DNA from: Minisyncoccota bacterium
GTDB lineage: Bacteria > Patescibacteriota > Minisyncoccia > Phycocordibacterales > UBA2100
Direction of reading: 5' to 3'
Assembly: GCA_965267345.1 (NCBI GenBank)
Contig: OZ253947.1
Coordinates: forward strand, 72,662 to 136,661
DNA: 64,000 bases
Shown: positions 1 to 9,690 of the stretch, one piece after another
Numbering within the stretch: the first letter of the stretch is position 1
Layout of the letters: every line of letters starts with the position of its first letter
Translations under genes and position numbers: made by a program
The notes under the pieces: generated by a model
Seen by the model: the letters and a program-made list of their open reading frames with translations, nothing else
Databases searched by the model: none
Told to the model about the DNA's origin: nothing

Positions 1-889
1 CACGCTTGCCGACCAGTACGGGGCGCAGAAGATTATCCACGAGGCTTATGATGATACTGCCGACGGCGAGCACGACCACGCCTTCCCAAACACTGCCCGA
101 GATAATCAGCAGCGCACCGGCCGGTACCCACACAATGGCAGGGCCCACAGCTGGGATGAGGGCGAAAATGCCCATCACAAATGCCCACAAGACGGCACTT
201 GGTACACCGACAGCAGCAAAGAGGATACCGCCGATAATTGCTTGGATGATGGCGATAATGAAGGTGCCGCGGAACATCGCGCGTACGATGGTGACGAAGC
301 GTGCCGCGAGCATGCGCTCTTTCTTGTCGCCGAGTGGGAGTGCATGAATAACACGTTCCTTAAGTGCGACACCATCACGCAGGGCAAAGAAGAGTAAGTA
401 CAACGATACGCCAACACCGATAATCGTTGAGGCGGTTGCGCGCCCCGCATTAAGTAGCTCAGGGCCGAGTTGGGCGCTTACGTTCTGCACGACGCCCGTG
501 ATACGCGCTTCAATGTCAGCGGCAGTGATGCCCACAGGTTCAAGGAATGCCCCAAGCGTCTGCACGAGCACCGAAAGCCCTTCCCAGCTCACTGTTCCGC
601 TTGAGAGGCGTTCGTAGAGGTCAACTGCTTCGTGCACGACAAGGTAGCCGAGAATGTACGTCGGCACCAGTACAATTACTAGCACAAAGAGCATCGTCAG
701 TGTTGCCGCGAGCGAACCACGTTTCTTCGTCACGCGATAGAAGTATTCGTAGACCGGGTGGAACAGGATCGCGAGCACGATCGCCCAAAAAATCGGTTGC
801 AGGTAGTCGTGCACGAGCCAGCCGAACAGCGCAGTGGCACTGGCAATGAGGAAAATAAATAATCCTGTCTGCAGTGTTGAAAAATGCAT
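1..889 (-). CDS. AI-2E family transporter (runs off window start)
   Basis: Manual translation MHFSTLQTGLFIFLIASATALFGWLVHDYLQPIFWAIVLAILFHPVY...; later ...LYLLFFALRDG... and ...ALIPAVGPAIVWVPAG..., typical of AI-2E/PerM. Confidence 0.85.
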   Translation of the reverse strand, partial: MHFSTLQTGLFIFLIASATALFGWLVHDYLQPIFWAIVLAILFHPVYEYFYRVTKKRGSLAATLTMLFVLVIVLVPTYILGYLVVHEAVDLYERLSSGTVSWEGLSVLVQTLGAFLEPVGITAADIEARITGVVQNVSAQLGPELLNAGRATASTIIGVGVSLYLLFFALRDGVALKERVIHALPLGDKKERMLAARFVTIVRAMFRGTFIIAIIQAIIGGILFAAVGVPSAVLWAFVMGIFALIPAVGPAIVWVPAGALLIISGSVWEGVVVLAVGSIIISLVDNLLRPVLVGKR

Positions 890-934
890 GTCTGTAATGG
901 TATATGCCGTTCCTAAAAAGTCTAGTCGTGGGGC

Positions 935-1693
935 TTAGTACTCGTTGCGCAGTGGTGCGCGTTTGACGATCTCAAGTACTTCGTCTTCGTCATCGGTGAC
1001 GCGATACAGCTCTAAGTCTTCAGGCGAGACCGTTTTGTACTCATCGCGCAGCAGGGTGGCATTAAGCTCGTGCACTCGACTCCAGTAGTCTGCGCCAACA
1101 CAGATAATCGGTACGCGCGGAATCTTACGCGTCTGCACAAGTGTGAGAATTTCATAAAACTCATCGAGGGTACCAAGACCGCCGGGAAAGAAGATGTAGG
1201 CTTCAGCAGAAAAGGCGAGCGCCACTTTACGGGTGAAGAAGTAGTGAAAGTTGACGCCATGCGTCACGTGCTCGTTGATAACTTGCTCCATTGGTAATTC
1301 AATGTTAAAGCCGACCGCATTATTGCAGCTTGCCTTTGAGCCGTCGTTGCCGGCTGCCATAATGCCGGGGCCACCACCGGTAATAACCGCGTAGCCTTCT
1401 TTGCAGATGCGCGCTGAAATGCGCTTTGCGCGTTGATAGTCGGGGTGCTCGGGAGTAAAGCGCGCCGAGCCAAAAAACGTCACCGACTTAGGGAACTTTT
1501 TGATGGCATGGAAGGCATTGAGGAGTTCATCTTCGACGCGCGCCGCGCGTTCGTGTAGCATTTTTTCAATGACGCTGTCGACGGGCTGAGAGAATACGCT
1601 CGCGTCGTAGCAAATGTTGCGCTTCTTCGGGTTAGTCTGAATTTCAAATTCTTGTGCCTCATCAACGACAGGGTGGGAGTATTTCTCGCTCAT
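935..1693 (-). CDS. LOG family (TIGR00730-like) nucleotide phosphoribohydrolase
   Basis: VTFFGSAR, TGGGPGIM and PGGLGTLDE motifs; start MSEKY follows TGTATAAT. Confidence 0.9.
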   Translation of the reverse strand: MSEKYSHPVVDEAQEFEIQTNPKKRNICYDASVFSQPVDSVIEKMLHERAARVEDELLNAFHAIKKFPKSVTFFGSARFTPEHPDYQRAKRISARICKEGYAVITGGGPGIMAAGNDGSKASCNNAVGFNIELPMEQVINEHVTHGVNFHYFFTRKVALAFSAEAYIFFPGGLGTLDEFYEILTLVQTRKIPRVPIICVGADYWSRVHELNATLLRDEYKTVSPEDLELYRVTDDEDEVLEIVKRAPLRNEY

Positions 1694-1753
1694 GCGCCCA
1701 TTATACACGTCGGCATGACACTCCGCACTGCACCCTGGTGGTATGATGAAGAT

Positions 1754-2275
1754 ATGCGCCGCATTACCTCACACGATCCACTGCAAGACGGGTACACGTA
1801 CACTTGCACTGAACCAATCGGTAAACACTTTGCCGACTTTGCGCCTGAACTCACTCCGCGCGAAATGCTCGAATTGGGCGTATTCGGTGGGGTGTACTTT
1901 CACTGTGACGGAAACGGCGAACAGGCAATTGCTGAGTACCCAGCAGCTTGGTTTGCCGATGCGCGCATCGCAAAGGACGGGTGCGAGCACATTGAGTACA
2001 ACTTTTTCACGGTACACGCTTCGCAGCCACGTCGCGTGTGGCGCGAGAAGGGATGGATCCACGAAGACGACCCACGTGGCTGGGTGCAGTGGTACTTCCG
2101 CTACTACCTAGGCCGGCGCATGCCCGAAGAGGATGAGCGTCAGATTGGTCGGTGGTACGCATTTCGCCGACACGCTGCGCAAGTACGGAATAATTGCGAA
2201 CCGCGCGACTACGCGTGTCGTCCGAAGCAACGACAGGCGCTGCTGCACTGGGCGTACGACAGTCGCGCTATGTAG
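1754..2275 (+). CDS. Conserved hypothetical protein (LTPREMLELGVFGG / DPRGWVQWY / RQALLHWAYD type)
   Basis: Clean ORF with W/Y-rich conserved-looking blocks; -10-like TATGAT before ATG. Confidence 0.75.
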   Translation: MRRITSHDPLQDGYTYTCTEPIGKHFADFAPELTPREMLELGVFGGVYFHCDGNGEQAIAEYPAAWFADARIAKDGCEHIEYNFFTVHASQPRRVWREKGWIHEDDPRGWVQWYFRYYLGRRMPEEDERQIGRWYAFRRHAAQVRNNCEPRDYACRPKQRQALLHWAYDSRAM

Positions 2276-2749
2276 CTAGTTGAGCATCCAGATGCCGTAG
2301 TTGAGGTAGCCGGCAAATAACACCCACAGCAGGTAGGGGAGCAGCAAGAGTCCGGCGACTTTGTGAACCCGCCAGAATACGACGATGGTTGCCACGATAA
2401 ATACGGCAAGCACGACGAGCTCAACAAAGGCAATACTCGGCATCTGCAGTCCGAAAAACAGAAATGACCAGCCGGCGTTAAGGAGCAGTTGCGCGCCGTA
2501 CACGATAAGTGCCGTGCGTGCCAGTGGGTGCGTGTGCCGTTTTTCCCACACGAGCCATGCGGCGAGCCCCATCAGTGCGTACAGGGTGATCCACACCGGT
2601 CCGAAGACCCAGTTTGGTGGTGCCAATAGTGGTCGCTCAAGCGTGGCGTACCACGTTGCTACACTCTGGGCGGTGAAAATCGAGCCGACGAGGCCGGCAG
2701 CCTGTGCGATACCGATTGAAATGAGTGCGTAGAGGAAGCGCATACGCAC
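2276..2749 (-). CDS. tspO: TspO/MBR tryptophan-rich sensory protein
   Basis: WYATLERP, PPNWVFGPVW and LLLPYLLWV motifs. Confidence 0.92.
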   Translation of the reverse strand: MRMRFLYALISIGIAQAAGLVGSIFTAQSVATWYATLERPLLAPPNWVFGPVWITLYALMGLAAWLVWEKRHTHPLARTALIVYGAQLLLNAGWSFLFFGLQMPSIAFVELVVLAVFIVATIVVFWRVHKVAGLLLLPYLLWVLFAGYLNYGIWMLN

Positions 2750-2768
2750 ATGCTAGCACAACACATGC

Positions 2769-2796
2769 AAAAAAGACCCGCTCGCGGGTCTTTTTT
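2769..2796. terminator. Intrinsic terminator hairpin
   Basis: AAAAAAGACCCGC-TC-GCGGGTCTTTTTT. Confidence 0.8.
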
Positions 2797-2819
2797 GTAG
2801 ATATCTTCCAGGCTATGCG

Positions 2820-3014
2820 CTAGCGTACCATTTTTGGTGACTGGACAGCCACGTACAGAGCTGCGAGACCAACCAGTACGTAGACAACACGTGAAAGTGA
2901 GGTCATGTCGCCAAAGAGCATCGAGACCAAGTTGTAGTCAAACGCTCCGACGAGTCCCCAGTTGAGACCGCCGACAACGACAAGAACTACGGCAAGCCAA
3001 TTGACTGCTTTCAT
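2820..3014 (-). CDS. DUF378 small membrane protein
   Basis: LVVVGGLNWGLVG...YVLVGLAALY signature. Confidence 0.9.
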   Translation of the reverse strand: MKAVNWLAVVLVVVGGLNWGLVGAFDYNLVSMLFGDMTSLSRVVYVLVGLAALYVAVQSPKMVR

Positions 3015-3158
3015 ATGTGAATAGATGATGTTAGACGTATGAATAAATATTCGACGCTCCCTTTATTATACTGCGTTACAAAAACGCACGATTGACAGTG
3101 TGTGGATAATGTTTCGGAGAGAGGAAAAACCCGCGGACGTGAGCCCGCGGGTGTATTG

Positions 3159-3404
3159 TTAGAAGATCAGCAGTGCCGCCACGATCATGATTGCGATCTG
3201 CGCCACTCGCTCGGGGACGTATGCCACGATAGGCACCGTGCCGCTTTGTTTCGCGAGCAGGTAGACTTGATGCATGAGCGGACAGGTGAACCACCACAGA
3301 AAGAGCACCATGCCGATCACGGGGTCGTACAAGAAACACCCCACGAAGGCAATCACTGTTCCTACACACATCAGTGCGTAGCGTGCTTCAACACTCACTG
3401 TCAT
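3159..3404 (-). CDS. Orphan small membrane protein
   Basis: SD GGAGGT before MTVSVEARY; hydrophobic; hairpin at ~3130-3152 downstream. Confidence 0.55.
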   Translation of the reverse strand: MTVSVEARYALMCVGTVIAFVGCFLYDPVIGMVLFLWWFTCPLMHQVYLLAKQSGTVPIVAYVPERVAQIAIMIVAALLIF

Positions 3405-3560
3405 TGCTGTACCTCCAGAGTCCAGCGGTTGATCTGCGATGAGTATAGTCCGGAAATGCACGTACGCAAACCTGCCCCACCTTCCTTCCCGCGTAAGGGC
3501 GGTCCTCGTGCACAAGGACCGCCCTTGTATAGTGTTGGTGTAGTATAAAACCACACAATG

Positions 3561-3591
3561 TATAAAAGCTCGGCTTAAACCGAGCTTTATA
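3561..3591 (-). terminator. Hairpin downstream of tmRNA
   Basis: TATAAAAGCTCGG-CTTAAA-CCGAGCTTTATA. Confidence 0.6.
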
Positions 3592-3596
3592 ACGTG

Positions 3597-3984
3597 TGGA
3601 GGTGGGGGAGACGAATCCCCGTCCATGAGAATCTCCATATATACGTCTACGAAATCTAGTCCATTTTCTGAGTTTAAACACGATGTGTTTGAAATGGACA
3701 AAATCACATCATGTCGATCCCCATCGATTTAAAAGCAGTGGTGAGGAAACCACGTCTTCGAGTCCGAAAGTGTGACACCGCTATTTTCAATATCGGACGT
3801 CATGAGAAGCGATGGTCGCTTAGGCTACTGCGTAAGCGAAGCCGAAATCCTTTGCCTGAATTGGGCTTAGAATTCCGCGTGCAGTTTTAGATGCACCTAT
3901 TGGGTTGAGAAGTTGATACGGCAGTCTTCTCACTGCCATTTCGCATATATACCGAGCATTCACTGTCGAAACATAGTCACCCCC
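3597..3984 (-). ncRNA. ssrA: tmRNA
   Basis: 5' GGGGGTGA..TTCGAC, 3' ..CACCTCCA with G3-U70 pair; tag ORF ending YAVA*; adjacent to smpB. Confidence 0.93.
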
Positions 3985-4063
3985 CGCCGCTAATTCAGTA
4001 CTGAATGAGTGGCGGCGAGAGACTATGTACTATGTGTGGGTTGTCAAGGAACAGGTGCGCAGT

Positions 4064-4507
4064 TTACCCGCGTTTCATCTGTCGTTCAATGCTTCGCTTG
4101 GTTTCGCGCTCCTTTATGGTTTCGCGCTTGTCGCGTTTCTTTTTGCCGCGGGCAAGCGCAAAACCCAACTTCAGCTTTCTGTTTTTATTATACAACGATA
4201 GTGGCACTAGTGTCAAACCCTGCTGAGTGTCTGCTCCGGCAAGTTCAGCGAGTTCTTTTTTCGTGAGCAGTAGGCGCCGAACGCGCTCAGGATTGTACGT
4301 CTCAGGCACATTTGCTGCCTGATAGGCAGGAATTGAGGCACCAACCAAAAACGCCTCACCGCCGCGAACGAGCACGTGTGCTCCGGCGAGGTTACCGCGT
4401 TTCCCGCGCAGCGCTTTTACTTCGGTGCCGAGCAGTTCAATGCCAGCTTCAAACTCTTTGAGCAGCTGAAAATCAAAGCGCGCGCGTTTGTTTTCAATCA
4501 ATGCCAT
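4064..4507 (-). CDS. smpB: SsrA-binding protein
   Basis: NKRARFDF, EAGIELLGTEVK, RRLLL and GKKKRDKR motifs. Confidence 0.97.
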   Translation of the reverse strand: MALIENKRARFDFQLLKEFEAGIELLGTEVKALRGKRGNLAGAHVLVRGGEAFLVGASIPAYQAANVPETYNPERVRRLLLTKKELAELAGADTQQGLTLVPLSLYNKNRKLKLGFALARGKKKRDKRETIKERETKRSIERQMKRG

Positions 4508-4598
4508 AAGCACCTCTACTATACACATTTATGGCCGTACTGTCCCTGTGCGCAGGTGTCGTGCGAGGTAGGGGAAGCTGTGGTACAGTTGGGAAACT

Positions 4599-6599
4599 AT
4601 GGATAGGAACAAAACCACTGTCAACCTGCAGGCACGCAAACAGTCGGGCAAGCAGGCACCAAAAAAGAAAGGTCAGAAGAAGCGCGCGAAGGGGCCGCTT
4701 GGTGATATGCCGCATATGCCCGAGAACAACTTTTGGATGCAAATGGCCATCACGTTTGTGGTGTTTTTGCTGTTGCTCTCTGGCTACACAACGGTTGTCA
4801 ATCTTTTTGAAGAAAAAAATGAAATTTCACTCACACAACTCACGAGTGATATTAACGCCGGTTTAGTCAGTAGCATTGATGTCAGCGGCAACACCATTGA
4901 AGCAACGTATCCGGCACCCGAAGAGGGCACTGAGCCAATCGTCAAAGAGTCACAGAAAGAAACCGAAAGCTCACTTACTGAAACATTAACGAATTACGGT
5001 GTTAGCCCTGAGGCGCTGACCGCGGTAAATCTCACTATCAGCGATCCGAGCGGTTTTCGCTACTGGTTTATAACCCTGGCGCCGCTCTTGCTCCCGCTGA
5101 TTATTATTATCGCGATCATTTGGTATCTGTCGCGACAGGTGCGTGGTGCAGGTGTGCAGGCATTCTCATTTGGACAGAGCAAGGCACGCATTATTGACCC
5201 GAGCGACACCAAGCAGCGCGTGGTTTTCGACGATGTGGCGGGTGCTAAAGAGGCAAAAGAGGAACTGTACGAAATTGTTGACTTCCTCAAGAATCCGAAA
5301 AAGTTTATTCAAATTGGGGCGCGTATTCCGAAAGGTGTGATGCTGATGGGTGCGCCCGGCACCGGAAAGACGCTCTTGGCCCGCGCCGTCGCGGGTGAAG
5401 CGAATGTGCCGTTCTTCATTATTTCCGGTTCTGAATTTGTCGAGATGTTCGTTGGTGTTGGTGCGAGCCGCGTGCGCGATTTGTTCAAGATGGCAAAGAA
5501 GGTTGCGCCGGCCATCGTCTTTATTGATGAAATTGATGCGGTCGGACGGGTGCGTGGCACCGGTGTCGGCGGCGGTAACGACGAGCGCGAACAAACACTC
5601 AACCAGATTCTCGTTGAGATGGACGGGTTTGAGCCGAATGAAAAAGTAATCGTTATGGCGGCAACGAACCGTCCCGACGTACTCGATCCGGCGCTGCTGC
5701 GTCCGGGGCGTTTCGACCGTCGCGTTACGATCGACCTGCCCGATCGCGACGACCGCGAGAGTATTCTGAAAATTCATGCACGCAAAAAGCCGATGGGCGA
5801 GGATGTGAACTTGCGCGTCATTGCCGAGCGTACACCCGGATTCTCCGGTGCCGACCTCTCAAACTTAATGAACGAAGCCGCTATCTTGGCAGCACGCGAA
5901 GATCGCAAGGAAATCACGCAGTATGACCTCATACGTTCGATCGAGAAAGTGATGCTCGGCCCTGAGCGTAAGAGCCACGTATTGAATAAGCGCGAAAAGG
6001 AAATTACTGCCTACCATGAGGGTGGGCACGCACTGGTGGCGTCGATACTCCCATACGCTGATCCTGTACACAAAATATCGGTCATCAGCCGTGGCCGCGC
6101 TGCCGGCTACACGCTTAAGTTGCCGTTTGAGGATCGCAAGATGCAGTCGAAGCGTGAATTCCTCGACGACATTGCCGTGTCACTCGGTGGCTACGTTGCC
6201 GAAAAAATGATCTTTGATGACGTCACCACCGGCCCGTCGAACGACCTGCAGGTGCTGACGAACATCGCTCGCAACATGGTGACCCGCTGGGGTATGTCAG
6301 AGAAATTAGGCACCGTTGCACTTGCCGGCGACGATGGCAAAACACTCTACGGCAGCGGTGTGTATGGCCGCGAGTACTCGGAGAAAGTGTCGGCTGATAT
6401 TGATGCTGAGGTGAAAGCGATCATTAACGACGCCTACAAACGTGCCGAAGATATTCTCACGAAGCACCGTGGCGCACTGGACGCGATTGCTGCACGCCTG
6501 ATTGAAGTGGAAACACTTGAACGCGATGACTTTGAGGACCTGCTGCGCGAGCACAACATCACCCCCAAAAAGAAAGAAGACATTGAACATCAGAGCTAA
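4599..6599 (+). CDS. ftsH: ATP-dependent zinc metalloprotease FtsH
   Basis: Two TM segments, Walker [12 protein letters not shown] region, HEGGH zinc motif. Confidence 0.97.
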   Translation: MDRNKTTVNLQARKQSGKQAPKKKGQKKRAKGPLGDMPHMPENNFWMQMAITFVVFLLLLSGYTTVVNLFEEKNEISLTQLTSDINAGLVSSIDVSGNTIEATYPAPEEGTEPIVKESQKETESSLTETLTNYGVSPEALTAVNLTISDPSGFRYWFITLAPLLLPLIIIIAIIWYLSRQVRGAGVQAFSFGQSKARIIDPSDTKQRVVFDDVAGAKEAKEELYEIVDFLKNPKKFIQIGARIPKGVMLMGAPGTGKTLLARAVAGEANVPFFIISGSEFVEMFVGVGASRVRDLFKMAKKVAPAIVFIDEIDAVGRVRGTGVGGGNDEREQTLNQILVEMDGFEPNEKVIVMAATNRPDVLDPALLRPGRFDRRVTIDLPDRDDRESILKIHARKKPMGEDVNLRVIAERTPGFSGADLSNLMNEAAILAAREDRKEITQYDLIRSIEKVMLGPERKSHVLNKREKEITAYHEGGHALVASILPYADPVHKISVISRGRAAGYTLKLPFEDRKMQSKREFLDDIAVSLGGYVAEKMIFDDVTTGPSNDLQVLTNIARNMVTRWGMSEKLGTVALAGDDGKTLYGSGVYGREYSEKVSADIDAEVKAIINDAYKRAEDILTKHRGALDAIAARLIEVETLERDDFEDLLREHNITPKKKEDIEHQS

Positions 6600-6605
6600 T
6601 GACCT

Positions 6606-7643
6606 ATGGGTATCGAGAGTGCAGAAGGAGGGCGACGTATCGACACGTTTGCGCCTAAGGTCGTTCTCCATACTGAAGAGCCGCTCTTAGATGCGTCTAT
6701 CGAATTGCTGGTTACCGGTACGCCGCATACCGATGAGTTAGACGCTGCGCTCATGCACGCTGGCGGCGATGAACCAAAGTTCGTGTCGCGCATTGAACGT
6801 GCACGTCCATCCATTGAGCAATTCATCGCACGCATTGAAGCGCGCTTTGAAAAAGGTCGCGGATATCGTGCCGGTATTCGTGATGCATTGCGCTTCATGC
6901 TCAAACTGCACGCCGATCAAGGTGATCGCTATGATTCCGGTGAGCCATTTGTGACACATCCACTCGCAGTTGCTACCGATACGCTGCGTATGATGGGGAA
7001 ACGCGAGGACGCATGGCATGCGTGTATTGCGGCACTGTTGCATGACAGTGTCGAAGATCACGCGCGATGGATTAAACTTGAACGCCAACTTTTGTTAGAT
7101 GATTCGGAGGAGAGCCATGTGCCCTATGAGATTCCTCAGGAAGAAGAAACTGAGGAAGAACAGAGGCAGCGTATCAAAAAGCGTGAGCGCGCAGAAGCAC
7201 TCGCTGGTTTGCAGGCACTCTTCGATGCACGTATACGATATTTGGTAAACCGAGTGAGTACGCCGCTCAAAGAAGCAGAATACGAGAACCTGTCACAGAA
7301 TGAAAAAAATGCGATCTACACGCGTTTCATTGAAAAGATTTTTGCTGAGGAGGATGGCGATGTCGTGCCTGCAGTCATTAAATGGGCTGATTTGAAACAA
7401 AATGCACTGACTATTGGGCACATTCGCGAACGCGCGCGCCTCCTGCGCGAGCAGGGTGCGGATAACAAGGCGGAGGAGCTTGAGCGTTTCTATGAAAAAG
7501 TAAAGGTTAAGTATGCACCCGCGCTTGAGGTAGTACGGCAGTTTTTCGTCGAACTCACGAATGGAGAGCACCCACTGTTTGCAGAAAAAGAACGGGCACT
7601 TACAGACCTAAGAGCAGTGCTTACCAAAGAGTACGACGCTTGA
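6606..7643 (+). CDS. Stand-alone RelA/SpoT-type HD-domain protein
   Basis: H..Q..RYDSGEPFVTHP, AALLHDSVED and VIKWAD..N motifs. Confidence 0.75.
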   Translation: MGIESAEGGRRIDTFAPKVVLHTEEPLLDASIELLVTGTPHTDELDAALMHAGGDEPKFVSRIERARPSIEQFIARIEARFEKGRGYRAGIRDALRFMLKLHADQGDRYDSGEPFVTHPLAVATDTLRMMGKREDAWHACIAALLHDSVEDHARWIKLERQLLLDDSEESHVPYEIPQEEETEEEQRQRIKKRERAEALAGLQALFDARIRYLVNRVSTPLKEAEYENLSQNEKNAIYTRFIEKIFAEEDGDVVPAVIKWADLKQNALTIGHIRERARLLREQGADNKAEELERFYEKVKVKYAPALEVVRQFFVELTNGEHPLFAEKERALTDLRAVLTKEYDA

Positions 7644-7677
7644 TATTGCGCCGCCGACTCTCTAGTATGTATTTCGA

Positions 7678-7751
7678 CCGCCCTTAGCTCAGTTGGTAAG
7701 AGCTCGGAGCTTATATCTCCGCGGTCCCAGGTTCGAGTCCTGGAGGGCGGA
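7678..7751 (+). tRNA. tRNA-Ile (anticodon UAU)
   Basis: Full cloverleaf: CCGCCCT/AGGGCGG acceptor, CGGAG-CTTATAT-CTCCG anticodon arm, TTCGAGT T-loop. Confidence 0.9.
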
Positions 7752-7782
7752 CAGGGCATTTACGTTAGTTGCTTTAAACAGA

Positions 7783-7867
7783 GGTGTCTCGATTAATCGA
7801 GACACCCGCGGTGTAGTGCCACACAGTGATCTGCCGGTGCTCTCAGTGTTTCGATTAATCGAAACAC
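7783..7867. repeat. Pair of perfect palindromes (24 and 22 bp) with core TCGATTAATCGA
   Basis: GGTGTCTCGATTAATCGAGACACC at 7783-7806; GTGTTTCGATTAATCGAAACAC at 7846-7867. Confidence 0.9.
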
Positions 7868-7932
7868 ACACAGGCACCCCCTGTTGTGTTTTGGCTACAT
7901 ATGGTATAGCTAGTGACGAAAGGAGGGGAGAC

Positions 7933-8139
7933 ATGTGTGAACAACTTGTTTCTGTAATTCTTTCAGGTCTGTGCTTGCTGACACTTTTCGCTCTCGGCTT
8001 TTTTCTTGTGATGGAGGTGCATATAGCTGCCGGCTTTGCCGTAGCAGCAACAGCGTGGTGCCTCTGGGTGGTGATGACGATCTTCTGCATTCCGCCTATC
8101 ATATTTAGAATCCGAGGGCGATGGTTTCGGCTGTCGTAA
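7933..8139 (+). CDS. Orphan small membrane protein
   Basis: SD AGGAGG; two hydrophobic segments; hairpin at 8149-8176 downstream. Confidence 0.55.
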   Translation: MCEQLVSVILSGLCLLTLFALGFFLVMEVHIAAGFAVAATAWCLWVVMTIFCIPPIIFRIRGRWFRLS

Positions 8140-8231
8140 GATCTGTAGCAGGCCGCCACACTCGTGTGGCGGCCTTTCTATATCCACGAGGCACGCTTTT
8201 TCGCGTGCACCCACCGCGGTACTATTGGCTT

Positions 8232-9689
8232 ATGGAACGGCGACGCTTGTTCGTAACTATTCTTATGCTCGTGCTCTTTGTAAGTGCGGGCGCCCCGTTC
8301 GTGGCACGCGCGGCAACTGCTGAGGAACTGCGTGCACAAATTGCCGATATTCTCGCCGAAATCAACTACCTGCGCACGCAGCTCAATGCCGTGAGTGCGG
8401 GGCAGCAGGCGGGTACGACAACCGCCGAGCAACCGAGCTACACGGTTGGCTCAGCACGCGCGTCACAGGCGGCTACCTTTCAATACAGTCGCTGTCCTGA
8501 CCTGCAGTTCGACCTTGAGCGCGGTGATGTGAATGCAGATGTTGCCGAAGAGGTAAGTATGCTCCAGCGGTTTCTGTCGCAAGACTCCAGCATCTATCCT
8601 GAAGGAGAAATAACGGGGTACTTCGGGCCGGCAACCGAGCGTGCGGTGCAGCGTTTTCAGGAACGTCACGGCATTGTCGCACGAGGTGACTACCAGTCGA
8701 CGGGCTACGGCCGCGTCGGTCCGCGCACCCGATGGGCAATCAAAAACTCGTGCGACTCATCGCTGGCACCACAAAGCCAAGCACCCACATCACCCGACCC
8801 ACTCGACGAATTTGTGGTGACGAGTACATCAGGGTCGAGTTCACGCACCACGTATGCACCGGTCGGCGGTGTGCAGACGAGCGGCGGTCCCTCAACGTGC
8901 TTTGTGCAACCCGACCGCGGTACGGCGCCTCTGACCGTACGCGCCCGACTACTCCTTGGCGGCTCACTGTGTGACGGCGATCTCACCTACCAAATTGATT
9001 GGGGTGATGGCTCCACGTCCTCGCCGCGTGTGTGTAGCGACACGAATCAACACTACGAACAGCTAACGCACACCTACCTTGTGCCCGCCGTATACCCCGC
9101 ACGTCTTATACAGTCACATCCGAATGCACAGTTTGCCGACCGCTCATGTTCGGTCACGGTAGCAGCGGTTCCCGAATCCAATGACGGCACCATTACCGGC
9201 CAGTGTCGCAGCTGGACGGACGGGTGTAACACATGCTCACGCGACTATGAAAACGGTCCCGCGCGCTGTACGGAACGGTACTGCACGCAGTACGGGGCAC
9301 AGCAGTGCTACGAGTATTTCCCCGCATCGGCAGGAGCAACGGGCGACACGCTCCGCGTGCGCGTGATCAGTAAGGCATCGGGCATTATGGAATTCACGGC
9401 ACGCATCAATGTCGCCAACAGCTGCGACGGCGGTGTGTATAAAATTTACTTTGGTGACGGAGAATCATCAGTGCAACCATTGGCTCCGGGTGCGTGTCAG
9501 GCATTTGAGCGCACGGTGCGCCACACGTATGCTAACTCCGGCACTTACTCAGCCTTTCTCGTAAAAGACGACGTCGAAGTTGACCGTATCACTGTGGTTA
9601 TTAGCGACACGACCTCATCGGCAGGACACAGCAACGTCGCGAGTGTCATCGTCGCTATTGAAGAGTTTATTCGTTCACTATTTCGCTAG
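8232..9689 (+). CDS. Secreted protein with peptidoglycan-binding, PKD-like and Cys-rich modules
   Basis: Signal peptide, coiled coil, ITGYFGPATERAVQRFQ..GRVGPRT, IDWGDG/FGDG..HTY repeats. Confidence 0.85.
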   Translation: MERRRLFVTILMLVLFVSAGAPFVARAATAEELRAQIADILAEINYLRTQLNAVSAGQQAGTTTAEQPSYTVGSARASQAATFQYSRCPDLQFDLERGDVNADVAEEVSMLQRFLSQDSSIYPEGEITGYFGPATERAVQRFQERHGIVARGDYQSTGYGRVGPRTRWAIKNSCDSSLAPQSQAPTSPDPLDEFVVTSTSGSSSRTTYAPVGGVQTSGGPSTCFVQPDRGTAPLTVRARLLLGGSLCDGDLTYQIDWGDGSTSSPRVCSDTNQHYEQLTHTYLVPAVYPARLIQSHPNAQFADRSCSVTVAAVPESNDGTITGQCRSWTDGCNTCSRDYENGPARCTERYCTQYGAQQCYEYFPASAGATGDTLRVRVISKASGIMEFTARINVANSCDGGVYKIYFGDGESSVQPLAPGACQAFERTVRHTYANSGTYSAFLVKDDVEVDRITVVISDTTSSAGHSNVASVIVAIEEFIRSLFR

Positions 9690-9690
9690 T

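Noticed and set aside
3101-3109. DnaA box / replication origin
   Set aside because: Isolated boxes (also at 28576) with no cluster, unwinding element or dnaA nearby.
3405-3707. N-terminal extension of ORF 3159-3707
   Set aside because: It overlaps the tmRNA 3' end; the SD-supported start is at 3404.
5060-6671. Numerous antisense and alternative-frame ORFs over ftsH and other core genes
   Set aside because: Shadow ORFs of GC-rich coding sequence with no motifs or start signals.
7783-7867. Possible mini-CRISPR array
   Set aside because: Only two units, fully palindromic without a loop, and no cas genes or leader.
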